NCBI GenBank assembly: GCA_963768165.1
Contig: CAVYHJ010000002.1
Coordinates: 389,067-453,066 of the forward strand
DNA length: 64,000 nucleotides
From: an uncultured bacterium
GTDB taxonomy: Bacteria; UBP4; UBA4092
Direction of reading: 5' to 3'
The translations under genes were made by a program, and so were the position numbers. The notes below the pieces were generated by a model. It ran no database searches. It was given only the letters and a program-made list of their open reading frames with translations, and was not told the DNA's origin. Positions within the stretch are counted from its first letter, which is position 1. The number at the start of each line of letters is the position of its first letter. Positions 1 through 9,900 of the stretch are shown piece after piece.

Positions 1-1226
1 TCGACATTCAAATACCCGCGCGACTTATACCACTCATACGCTTCCGTCCCCGGATACACCATCACCGGATAAAACTGTGCGGTATCAGGATTCAGTTCCA
101 TGGCATAATCCAATGTTTCTTGCAGAGTTTCCCGGGTCTCACCGGGATTTCCTGCCATAAAGCAACCGTGTATCATGATTCCGACTTTCCTGGCATCCTG
201 AGCAAATTGTTTCGCCTTTTCCAACTTAATCCCTTTTTTCATATTATTGAGAATTTCCTGGTTGCCGGACTCAAACCCTGTGCATAACATCCGGCAATTG
301 GCGCGTTTGATTTCTTTTAAGGTCTCAAAATCCACATCCGCGCGCGCGTTGGCCGTCCACCCAATTTTAACTCCTTTTTGTTGAATCAAATCCGCCATCT
401 GTTTACACCGTTTACGATTGGCGGTTAGGGTGTCATCCTCAAAGAAAATAGATTTGGCCTGGGGAAACGTCTTTTCAATATACGCCATCTCCTCGACCAC
501 ATTTTCCACACTGCGGTTGCGCGCTCTTTGTCCATTGACCGTCTGGGGATATACACACCAAATACATTGGAACGGACACCCCCGGCTGGTCATAATCGTC
601 ACCATCGGCGGTAAGGCATTGGGATTAAAATAATTGTTAATATTTAAATGTCGTTTATAAACTTCGGATACAAAAGGCAGGGCATCCAAATCCATAATCT
701 GCGGGCGGGGCGCAGTACGATGCGATTTGCCGTCTTTACGATACCCGATTCCCTGAATTTGTTCCAGATCATTGAGATTCTTTCCGCCATCCACCCATTT
801 CGCTAAATCCAAGACCGTATAATCATATTCATCATGACAAAAAATATCCACCCCGGGACAAGTTTCCAGGGTTTCTTCACCCAATCCCGATACATGCGTT
901 CCAACCATTACCATTAATGTATCCGGGAAATTCTCTTTTAAGGTATTGCAGACTTTGATATCATTAACGATACTCGGTGTACAGGTATCCATGACAATCA
1001 TCTGGGGTTTCCAGTCCCGTCCCCGCACCAGTAAATCATCCAAGGTAATATCATCCGCCGGACAATCAATCAATTGTGTTGGAAATCCATCTTTTTCCAG
1101 CACACCCGTGGCATACGCCAGCCACATCGGATAATACAAAGTACCTGATTTCGTAACGGCTGGAGACCGTTGCGCACGTGAAAATTTCTTGAAATAGGGT
1201 GGATTTAACATCCATACTTTTGTCAT
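1..1226 (-). CDS. B12-binding (class B) radical SAM protein, 3' end outside window
   Basis: Minus-strand translation from ATG (revcomp of 1224-1226) gives MTKVWMLNPPYFKKF...CPADDITLDD... (cobalamin-binding-like N-domain) followed by MTSRGCPFQCIWC (CxxxCxxC radical SAM cluster motif); ORF continues to the window edge, so it is absent from the ORF track. Confidence 0.75.
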   Translation of the reverse strand, partial: MTKVWMLNPPYFKKFSRAQRSPAVTKSGTLYYPMWLAYATGVLEKDGFPTQLIDCPADDITLDDLLVRGRDWKPQMIVMDTCTPSIVNDIKVCNTLKENFPDTLMVMVGTHVSGLGEETLETCPGVDIFCHDEYDYTVLDLAKWVDGGKNLNDLEQIQGIGYRKDGKSHRTAPRPQIMDLDALPFVSEVYKRHLNINNYFNPNALPPMVTIMTSRGCPFQCIWCVYPQTVNGQRARNRSVENVVEEMAYIEKTFPQAKSIFFEDDTLTANRKRCKQMADLIQQKGVKIGWTANARADVDFETLKEIKRANCRMLCTGFESGNQEILNNMKKGIKLEKAKQFAQDARKVGIMIHGCFMAGNPGETRETLQETLDYAMELNPDTAQFYPVMVYPGTEAYEWYKSRGYLNV

Positions 1227-1419
1227 AATTAGAGACCTCGTATACTTAAATCAAGGAATATACATTTCATTAGGGATATTGTACCCCCTCGCGACCTGAT
1301 AATAAATATAGCACGCAATCCCATCCTCCGGCAACTATTTTTAGAGAAAAAGAAAACGGTAGTAGGGAGTGAAGTTTACGACGGAAGAATCACTCGGTAT
1401 GACAGAGAAAGGCATTATA

Positions 1420-1875
1420 TTACTCAAAAATCTCCCATTCTCTCTTCTCAATCCCTGTAGGAACAAGAGGAGCGTATTCTACCGCATTACCGCCTGGATA
1501 CCCGCCTATCACATAAGCAGCAGAGGAGTTTTGTACAACCCCGAATCCCCCATCCCACATTTGTAATCCTGAGGTTAGTTCCCAATTCCCTAAACTTCCA
1601 TCCGGGTTGATGAGGGCTCGTTCGGTTACACTATCTCCTCCCCCGACGGCATTAAGATAAGTACCATCATAATATAAACCTCCTCCATCAGGTGCATCCA
1701 AATCAGCATTGACGGTTGTAAACGCACTCAATTGTCCATCGGGGAAAATAGTCGCTTTTTCTACGCTGTAAAGAGGAAATCCTGCACCATCTTCTCCTCC
1801 AACCACATACAGTGTGGTATTGACTATGATAGCCGAAAGATTATCCCTACCGGTAATTAAACCCAAAATAGTCAT
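1420..1875 (-). pseudogene. C-terminal fragment of a secreted Kelch-repeat beta-propeller gene split by IS insertion
   Basis: 151-aa ORF aligns with C-terminal ~150 aa of the intact paralogs at 4456-5493 and 5942-6976 (LITGRDNLSAIIVNTTLYVVGGEDG... ends EKREWEIFE like KKSEWEIFE/KKRDWEIFD). Confidence 0.8.
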
Positions 1876-3325
1876 TAGGAATCAAGTTTTAAGGATGAAA
1901 GGCCAGCTCATAAGGTCTGCCGAGGACCAAAGACCCGAGAACCAAGTTCGTCTTTTCATGGAAAGGGACAATTTAAGGATCCTTGAATTTCCCTTCTGAA
2001 TCAAATAGCCACCTACCGCAAAAACCTTATAGCGAATGGTTTTTAAAAAGGGCTTGGATGTCCCTCCGAGAAGGGCTTGCCGAAAAAGACTCATCAGATT
2101 ATACGCCAGCATCACGAAATTTAAGGTAGCCTCGGTGGCCCAAAAGTGATGGGTATTAAACCGGTCTGCCCCAAAGTCATACTTTACTTCTTTGATACGG
2201 TTTTCGGCATCGGCCCGATTGCGATACAGGTCATACACCATCTTGGGAGACAAGTCTACATTGGTCACAAAACAACTGTAGCGATACTTCTGGTAGAGGG
2301 TTTCGTCCGAAAACAAACGTAATTGTTTTCCCACCGCCTTGGGACGCTTTTCGATTTCCTGCCGAACCATAATCAGACGTCGGGGAGCCTTCCAGGAATC
2401 GGCTTGATAGAAGGTCTCGGCAATCTCCAATCCCTCGTCCAGTTTTAACCATCCCTTCTGCCGGAGGACCACCGCTTGAAGAGGAGGATAAAACTTGGCC
2501 GCCAGGATATAGGACGTCGGACGATGGGTTTCCAGATACTCCATGATTCTATCGCTGTAGAATCCACTATCCGCTCGAATCAACCCTACACTTTTCCCCT
2601 GAAGCTTGTTTAGGGTATCTTCCAAAAAACCTAAAAAATTATTGGTCGTGTGGCTGTCTCCGGACCGCAGCCAAAAATTAGCCACCATCCGACAATCGGG
2701 AATAAATGCCATCAACGGATGATGCGATTTTCTCCCCCGTTTCTTAGGATTATAGCCCTTCTTGCTCCCTTGCTGTTCCCCATAACGAGTCAGGACCGTG
2801 GAATCAAAATCCAAGGTATAGTTGTCAAAATGTATATTCCGAAAAAACCATTGATATAAATGCGTGAAAACCCGTTGATTGGTGGCTTGCGTAAATTTAT
2901 TGAAATAGCGTGCAAAGGCTTTATTCCCCGCCATCCGTTTCCAATCGAAGATCTCCTTGACCACTTCATCCTGTCGCGTCACTTCCAAATGCTCAAAACA
3001 ATTCGCCCCACACCATACCCCGACCCAAAAGTTCTGGATCAATTGACTGGGACGGTACCCTCGATTAGATCCTTGTTGGGGGAGTGGCGCTTCTTTCAGG
3101 GTCTCCTCCATCTGGATTTGCTCCAGCATCTTCCTCAGGATACTCATCCCACCCCAGGGGGTTATTTCTTTGTCTGTATATTCTATTTTTAGATTCTTCA
3201 TAATGTCCTTTATTCTTACACACCTTGACCCGTTTTTTAACCCCCCTTTGCCCAGGTCTATAGCACTCTATCTATTTAGGTTACCTATCTGTTTCTCTAA
3301 TGACCGCCATTAGAAACTATTGCCC
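1876..3325 (-). mobile_element. IS4-family insertion sequence interrupting the Kelch gene (boundaries approximate)
   Basis: Single 439-aa DDE transposase ORF (1882-3201) lies exactly between the N- and C-terminal halves of one Kelch gene; N-fragment reading frame runs into element-derived sequence and terminates (…SLTQIRQ*). Confidence 0.7.
1882..3201 (-). CDS. DDE transposase, IS4 family-like
   Basis: 439 aa; conserved C-terminal YxxRxxxE-type motif (LYRNRADAENRIKEVK) and overall IS4-like DDE transposase architecture. Confidence 0.7.
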   Translation of the reverse strand: MKNLKIEYTDKEITPWGGMSILRKMLEQIQMEETLKEAPLPQQGSNRGYRPSQLIQNFWVGVWCGANCFEHLEVTRQDEVVKEIFDWKRMAGNKAFARYFNKFTQATNQRVFTHLYQWFFRNIHFDNYTLDFDSTVLTRYGEQQGSKKGYNPKKRGRKSHHPLMAFIPDCRMVANFWLRSGDSHTTNNFLGFLEDTLNKLQGKSVGLIRADSGFYSDRIMEYLETHRPTSYILAAKFYPPLQAVVLRQKGWLKLDEGLEIAETFYQADSWKAPRRLIMVRQEIEKRPKAVGKQLRLFSDETLYQKYRYSCFVTNVDLSPKMVYDLYRNRADAENRIKEVKYDFGADRFNTHHFWATEATLNFVMLAYNLMSLFRQALLGGTSKPFLKTIRYKVFAVGGYLIQKGNSRILKLSLSMKRRTWFSGLWSSADLMSWPFILKT

Positions 3326-4015
3326 CTATTGACGAATTTGGGTTAAACTTGAAGATAATAATGTCCATGTCCCTAAAGATCCATCAGGATTAATAGTTGT
3401 CTGATAAATATTAGGACTCCCTGAAGAAAAACTACTAGGACTTCCTTGATACCCACCAATCACGTAGATAAATTGATTGTACTGAACTAAAGCTGATTCT
3501 CCAAATATCGTAGTAATACCTCCAATCGTCGTCCATACACCGAGAGTACCATTGGAGTTAATAGGTGCTCGTTCAATTGTAGTTAGAACACTAGATGCAT
3601 TTTCTCCCCCTATCGCATAGATATAAGAATCTGTGGCAAATCCTACCGCACCGCCTCGTGCCTCCACCATTTGAGAACTTTCTTCTACCCAAGGACTTAA
3701 TGTCCCATCAGATTGAATGGTGGCACATTCTACAGGATAGGGGGTATTGCTGTAGGGGTAGCCTCCAAAAGTGTAAATAATCGTGCTGCGAGATAAAACG
3801 GCTACATTACTGGAACGGGCTACATTCAAACTACTGGTATAATTCCAAGGACCCATCTGTCCGGCATAAGATGAGATTACCAGAAGAGTAAATAATCCTA
3901 GTAGAACACTGATATAAGATAGGCATCGGGAAAGGCTTTGAAAAGCAAGCCATTCCCGACGCAGATTCAAAACGAGATTACGTCGCTTTGCTCGTAATGA
4001 CAAAACCAATTTCAT
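3326..4015 (-). pseudogene. N-terminal fragment (signal peptide + first Kelch blades) of the IS-disrupted Kelch-repeat gene
   Basis: 229-aa ORF; residues from PWNYTSSLNVARSSNVAVLSRSTIIYTFGGYPYSNTPYPVECATIQ onward align with N-terminal two thirds of neighbouring Kelch paralogs, then diverge to IRQ* at IS junction. Confidence 0.8.
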
Positions 4016-4029
4016 ATCTATAGAGTATA

Positions 4030-4434
4030 TTACTCCGGTTTAATAATGGCTACTATATCTCGCATATAGGGTGGGATAGAAGTGGTCAAGGAAGTAGCCC
4101 CCGTCGTTGTTGTATCGGTTCCTATAACATTCCCTGTGCTGGATTCATACCAAGTGATTTGATACTGTCCTGAAGGAAATCCGTTGATTTGAATCATGGC
4201 ATCGGAGACGGTGCTATATTGTTCTCCCAAAAATCGTTTATCCTGAATTAACCAAAGTAATAGATTCTGGCTGTCCCCAGAATATATAGGAACAATCTCC
4301 CGGTAGGAAGAATCCGATGAAAGTACCGTATAAGTCGTAACCCGTCCAGTGGAATTTTGATTCACCCATTGAGTTAATCCTGCCCAATTAAATTGGTTAA
4401 CAATGGTAGCACGCGCTAGATGATCATTCATCAT
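4030..4434 (-). CDS. orphan copy of the ~125-aa C-terminal module of the giant protein (starts MMNDHLARATI..., ends IVAIIKPE)
   Basis: 134 aa; ~95% identical to ORF 5506-5976 and homologous to last ~140 aa of the 1748-aa protein; separated from upstream Kelch ORF by a single in-frame TAA (EIFE*YNGFDDNMMNDH). Confidence 0.6.
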   Translation of the reverse strand: MMNDHLARATIVNQFNWAGLTQWVNQNSTGRVTTYTVLSSDSSYREIVPIYSGDSQNLLLWLIQDKRFLGEQYSTVSDAMIQINGFPSGQYQITWYESSTGNVIGTDTTTTGATSLTTSIPPYMRDIVAIIKPE

Positions 4435-4455
4435 ATTATCATCGAAGCCATTGTA

Positions 4456-5493
4456 TTACTCAAATATCTCCCATTCGCTTTTTTTAACATCTGTGGTATT
4501 TAGGATTGGAGCGTATTGTACGGTATTAAATTCTCCACCATCAGAGGATGTACCACCAATTACATACGCATCATCTTTTGTTTGCACATATCCAAAAGCT
4601 AAAAGTTCTGTTTGCAGGTAGGGTGCCTCTTCCCATGCATCTAAAGTTCCATCGGTATTGATATTAGCTCTCTCTGAGTAATAGCTGGTAACAAAATAAG
4701 GTGCACCGCCAACTACATTTAGATATTGACCATCATAAAACAAACCACACCCATTATGTGGAACTGTTGTACCTCGTAATGTGGTAAATGCGCTCAATTC
4801 ACCATCCGATGAAATAGTTGCTTTTTCCACATCGTAGATATAACCGTTATTGAACCCACTTACTACATACATAGTAGTATTAATCAAAATTGCGCTCGGC
4901 CCTTCACCAGCTGTTACTAACTGTGATGTAAGTAGTGTCCACGTACCTAATGAACCATCTGGATTGATAATGGTTCGATAAATATAAGGAAGTACGTTGT
5001 ACCCTTGATATCCACTAATGACATAGATATATTGGTTATATTGAATTAATGCCGAATATCCAAAAGATACTGTACATGCCCCAATCGTTGTCCATGTCCC
5101 TAAAGTCCCATCGGAATTAATGGGTGCTCTCTCTATTGTGGTTAATATACTCGAAGCATTCTCTCCACAGATGGCATATACATAGGAATCTGTGGAGAAA
5201 CCTACAGCACCTTGTCTTGCCATAACCATTTGATTGCTTTCGATGGTCCAAGACGTTAAGGTTCCATCGGGTCTAAGGGTTGTATGTTCTACAGGGTAGG
5301 GTGTATTGGTATATGCCAGCCCACCAAAGGTATAAACGATAGTATCCCGTGCGATGACTGCCACATTATCGGAACGTGCTATGTTTAGGCTGCTAGCATA
5401 ACTCCAACTGCCTAAGGTGTAACTGGCAAAAGAATGGGCAGAAATACATATTATTAAAGGAAACAATACATATTTCTGCCAATGAATATTCAC
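4456..5493 (-). CDS. secreted Kelch-repeat beta-propeller protein (paralog 2)
   Basis: 345 aa; N-terminal signal peptide (…LIICISAHSFASYTLG); repeated Kelch-like blades with Y-x-x-GG and W motifs. Confidence 0.75.
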   Translation of the reverse strand: MNIHWQKYVLFPLIICISAHSFASYTLGSWSYASSLNIARSDNVAVIARDTIVYTFGGLAYTNTPYPVEHTTLRPDGTLTSWTIESNQMVMARQGAVGFSTDSYVYAICGENASSILTTIERAPINSDGTLGTWTTIGACTVSFGYSALIQYNQYIYVISGYQGYNVLPYIYRTIINPDGSLGTWTLLTSQLVTAGEGPSAILINTTMYVVSGFNNGYIYDVEKATISSDGELSAFTTLRGTTVPHNGCGLFYDGQYLNVVGGAPYFVTSYYSERANINTDGTLDAWEEAPYLQTELLAFGYVQTKDDAYVIGGTSSDGGEFNTVQYAPILNTTDVKKSEWEIFE

Positions 5494-5505
5494 AAATATA
5501 GTATA

Positions 5506-5976
5506 TTACTCCGGCTTGATAATGGCTACTATATCTCGCATATAGGGTGGGATAGAAGTGGTCAAGGAAGTAGCACCCGTCGTTGTTGAATCGGTTCCTA
5601 TAACATTTCCTGTGCTGGATTCATACCAGGTGATTTGATACTGTCCTGAAGGAAATCCGTTGATTTGAATCATGGCATCGGATACGGTGCTATATTGTTC
5701 CCCTAAAAATCGCTTATCCTGAATCAACCAAAGTAAGAGATTCTCACTATCCCCGGAATATATGGGAACAATCTCTCTGTAGGAAGAATCCACTAAAACT
5801 ACTGTATAAGTCGTAACCCTTCCAGTGGAATTTTGATTCACCCATTGAGTCAATCCTGCCCAATTAAATTGGTTGATAATAGTAGCACGCGCTAAATGGT
5901 CATTCATCATATTATCATCAAAGCCATTGTATCTTTGATTATTAATCAAAAATCTCCCAATCCCTCTTTTTAACAT
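5506..5976 (-). CDS. orphan copy of giant-protein C-terminal module (likely real start at internal ATGATG ~5910)
   Basis: 156-aa ORF, contains conserved junction YNGFDDNMMNDHLARATIINQFNWAG and C-terminus DIVAIIKPE; overlaps 3' end of Kelch 5942-6976 in another frame. Confidence 0.6.
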   Translation of the reverse strand: MLKRGIGRFLINNQRYNGFDDNMMNDHLARATIINQFNWAGLTQWVNQNSTGRVTTYTVVLVDSSYREIVPIYSGDSENLLLWLIQDKRFLGEQYSTVSDAMIQINGFPSGQYQITWYESSTGNVIGTDSTTTGATSLTTSIPPYMRDIVAIIKPE

Positions 5977-6976
5977 CTGTGGTATTCAGGATGGGCGCGT
6001 ATTCAACAACATTGGTATCACAGCATCCACCTATAACATAAGCATCTGTTGAAGTTTGAAGATAAGCAAATCCATCCCGTTCATCCTCTAAATAGGGTGC
6101 GGGTTCCCATGTCCCTAAGCTACCATCTGGATAGACCTGTGCTCGTTCAGAACGATAGTTACCATCTCCACCATAATACCCACCAATCACATTGAGATAC
6201 TCTCCATCGTAAAACAAACCTGGGTCATAATGAAATGCTACTGTATTACTAATTGTTGTAAACGTGCTTAGTTCCCCATCGGTGTATACAGTTGCCAGTT
6301 CAACACCTTTGGTATAACCAGCCACATAGATTGTGGTATTAATTAGGACTGTCGAAAAACTCCTCCTTCCTGTTACCAATTGTGAAGATAACAGAGTCCA
6401 TGTTCCCAATGACCCATCGGGATTAATAGTGGTTTGATAAACGTTTGAACTCCCCAAAGAACCTGTAGTTGTATTAAAATCATAACCTCCAATGATGTAT
6501 ATATAAGTCGAGGTTTGAACCAGCGAAGCCTCTGTAATCCCTGTAGGTAGAATGCTAATCGTAGTCCAAATACCTAGACTCCCATTAGGATTAATTTGTG
6601 CTCGTTCCGCAGTGGTACAATAAGTAACTCCGTTATCGCCACCGATAGCAAAAACATAGGAATCTGTCGCAAATCCAACTGCATCTTCTCTGGCACTTAT
6701 CATTTGAGTGCTTTCAATTACCCAATTGCTTAAGGTTCCATCAAGTTGAATTGTGGCACATTCCACAGGATAAGGAGTTGTCGTATAAGCATACCCCCCA
6801 AAAGTATAAATAATAGTACTCTGGGATAAAACTGCCACGTTGACAGAACGTGCCACATTTAAACTACTGGTATAATTCCAATTGCCTAATGTGTAGCTGG
6901 CAAACGAATGGGTAGAAATACAAATAATAAAAAACAACAAGAGGTAACGCTGTCGTTGAATTCTCATACATATCAA
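5942..6976 (-). CDS. secreted Kelch-repeat beta-propeller protein (paralog 1)
   Basis: 344 aa; signal peptide (…FFIICISTHSFASYTLG); ~55-65% identical to paralog 2 across Kelch blades. Confidence 0.75.
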   Translation of the reverse strand: MICMRIQRQRYLLLFFIICISTHSFASYTLGNWNYTSSLNVARSVNVAVLSQSTIIYTFGGYAYTTTPYPVECATIQLDGTLSNWVIESTQMISAREDAVGFATDSYVFAIGGDNGVTYCTTAERAQINPNGSLGIWTTISILPTGITEASLVQTSTYIYIIGGYDFNTTTGSLGSSNVYQTTINPDGSLGTWTLLSSQLVTGRRSFSTVLINTTIYVAGYTKGVELATVYTDGELSTFTTISNTVAFHYDPGLFYDGEYLNVIGGYYGGDGNYRSERAQVYPDGSLGTWEPAPYLEDERDGFAYLQTSTDAYVIGGCCDTNVVEYAPILNTTDVKKRDWEIFD

Positions 6977-6981
6977 GTATA

Positions 6982-9900
6982 TTACTCTGGCTTAATAATG
7001 GCTACTATATCTCGGAAGAACGTGGGGATAGGAGTGCTTTCCACATCCGTATAGGAATTCCATGTTAGATTAACAGTTGTAGACACACTAACTCCGGTGG
7101 TCGAATTATACCAAGTCAGTTGATAACTTCCCGGTGGAAAAGCGGATATCTGCATGTAGGTATTGGCAAGTGGGGGCGGAGTTTGATATAAAGAGCGGGA
7201 ATCCTGTATTAACCAAATCAATAAGTTTTGACTATCTCCTGAATAAATGGGAACAATACTCTCTGAAGAAGTACCTGAAAACGAAATCCGTCCCGTTGAT
7301 CCATTCTGATTCACCCATTGCGTAATTCCCGCCCAATTAAACTGATTAATAATAGTAGCACGCGCTAAATGGTCATTCATCATATTATCATCAAAGCCAT
7401 TGTATTCGTTTAAGTAGGGAGGTTCATTTACATAATAAGGTGGAAGTGTAGTATATTGGGTTAAATAAGTGACATTCCCAGGAAAGGTTGATGCAAATTT
7501 ATTATTAACATACATCCCATAATGATACCCTTCACCCGCGGCACCACTGGCAATATTCGCCCAACCCATAAAATGAAAATATTCATCATAGAGATTCTCG
7601 TTGATATGACGGTCTACCAGATTGACGGCACTCGCGGACAGTCCTGTTGCATTATCATAGGTGGTATCCCCCCAATACTGTGGACTTAATGTCCAAGGTC
7701 CTTCATAATCTCCCGGTCCCATGAAGGTACAGATATAAGGTTTGGAAGAGGTCTCCATACTAAAAGCCAATTTAATAGTTTGAAACATATCTATTCCCGC
7801 TTCAATACACGCCGAATCAATTAGATATTGAGGGGATGTCGCGTCATACCAATTGGAACCGGGACCAGCAGTTGTAGCCTGTATCCAGAGCGGAAAGCTG
7901 ATAGGCAATGTCGTCACGACACCATACGGAGCGGTCGTAACTGTCACATAGACCGGATGGGTCGCTACCACATCCAACAAGGGATGCTGGAAATAAATGG
8001 GTTTAGTATAAGCTGTAGAATTCCCGGTATTGACCGCTGATAGAGGAACCGCAATATCCAATCCTTGAGACTTTGCATACATGGGTCGTATTCTAGCTGT
8101 AGGATAATCAATATCCGATCCGATGGGTCCGGGATTGGAGGCTCCTGACGACACACTCACAATATGTCCATGTCCCCATTTTTGGAGTTCATAATTTTTG
8201 ATGAACCCGGCAATCTGGGTGACCCAGTTTTCTTTGATACTATCATTCACAGCAGATGTGGTTGAAATATCCCCGATATAATTAAGTTCCGGCATTGGAT
8301 CCCACAGAACGATTCCCGCCCGGTCTCCCCAGTGGTCAATATAATACTGCAAGGTGGTTTCTGCAGTAATGATGGCGGTCTGTTCACTCAGAACCTGTCC
8401 CGGTGAAGTCACCGAACCGTATAATATGTTGGAACCACTATACCAAAAATTATATTGTGACCGTGGATTGGCTGCCACCCAATTGGCAGAATCGGGTGCG
8501 ACTCCCGAAAGCGTAAAGATTCCCAACCAATAGGTCATTTGATATTTATCCAGTTCATTCAAATGTTGATCCATCCATATCGCCGTTGCATCGCTAAAAA
8601 TTGTATTTCCGGTAGAATCGTGCGTTTCTACGGTATACCACGTCGTAACATTATCAGGATAACCATAAGGACTTGGTGGATTTTCAAAAAATCCCCGTGC
8701 CATGCTGTTAAACCCATGTGCTTTCGCCCATGCCAAATAATTATCCTCTTGCGGTAATGAAAGATTATCTTGATATTCTATAATAGGGTACTTGGCGCTA
8801 AATCCCATCGGGAAGTAGGGAGTACCGTCTTCGTATTCAAAAAGCCTGCCATTCTGGGCTACTTCAATAAACCCCCGATCAAGGTAATGGTACCCAATAT
8901 TAACAGTTCCACTGTCTAACGTTTGATTGGTAGCGGTACTGCCATAAGCACGGACAGTGGTGTCTCCTGAATGAACCAGAGGACTGGTACCTAGATGATT
9001 ATATGAACTCTGTACCAACCCGTTACTGTCATAGTTCATGGCATACCAGGCATCTTCATATATTCCTGTCATGCCGGTGTTTACACGATAACTGCTGCCA
9101 TCCAAGGCCGCCCAATACCACACTTGGCCTTCGTACACCGAAACCTTGGGGAGACACACCTGGTTGGAATTACTGCCAAACAGCAGGGTAATCGAATCGG
9201 TTGAACAGATGGTCCACCCATTCGCACCAGCGCTCAGGGTGATTAAGATATTTCCCAGTCCGGAACCGGTGGATGTATACGACCAACCACCCCCATTCAA
9301 CGTTGTAGCATACCCCAGTTGCGTACTCCCGCTCAATCCGTTGGCATAGGAAGATATCGTGATCTTGACACCTCTTGGAGGTGTACTGGCAAACGAATAA
9401 GACATCCCTGACACGCCACTAATTTGCAGAGGGAACCGGCTGGCGTCCCCAGTCGTCGAGGCCAGGTAATATCCGTCAAAGGACCCGCTCCCGCTATTGG
9501 CAAATTGGGGATTAGCGGTAATGAGATTGCTATTGGTCGGGTCACCGCTATAGTCCAAGGTATTGTTGTATAGATTATTATTTGTAACAGTCCCTTCAAT
9601 ATATCCAGATGTTAAATATATTCCGGTAGAGAATCTAGAGACTATGTTATTTCGTATATCCACATTACTGGTAATATTTGTAGTCGCTACCCCATAAATT
9701 CCATACCAACCCGATCCATTCCCTACTAGCGTATTATTACGAAGGATAGCATTGTCATTGGAAGAGGAGATTGTCCATAGCAAAATCTGGTACTGGTTGT
9801 TATTTCCCGCGAGAAACAGATTATTCTCTGCTCGAACATAGGAATCCACAGCCGCAATCCCGTCCCGACAATCATAGAAAACATTATCGTTAATCCGATG

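Larger units (their letters stand above)
4030..6976 (-). repeat. tandem duplication of a ~1.47-kb unit (Kelch gene + orphan C-terminal module)
   Basis: Two consecutive Kelch+module units; the module copies are near-identical at nucleotide level, the Kelch copies diverged. Confidence 0.7.

Noticed and set aside
418-1134. Plus-strand ORFs 418-633 and 946-1134
   Set aside because: They are antisense to the well-supported radical SAM gene on the minus strand, with no motifs.
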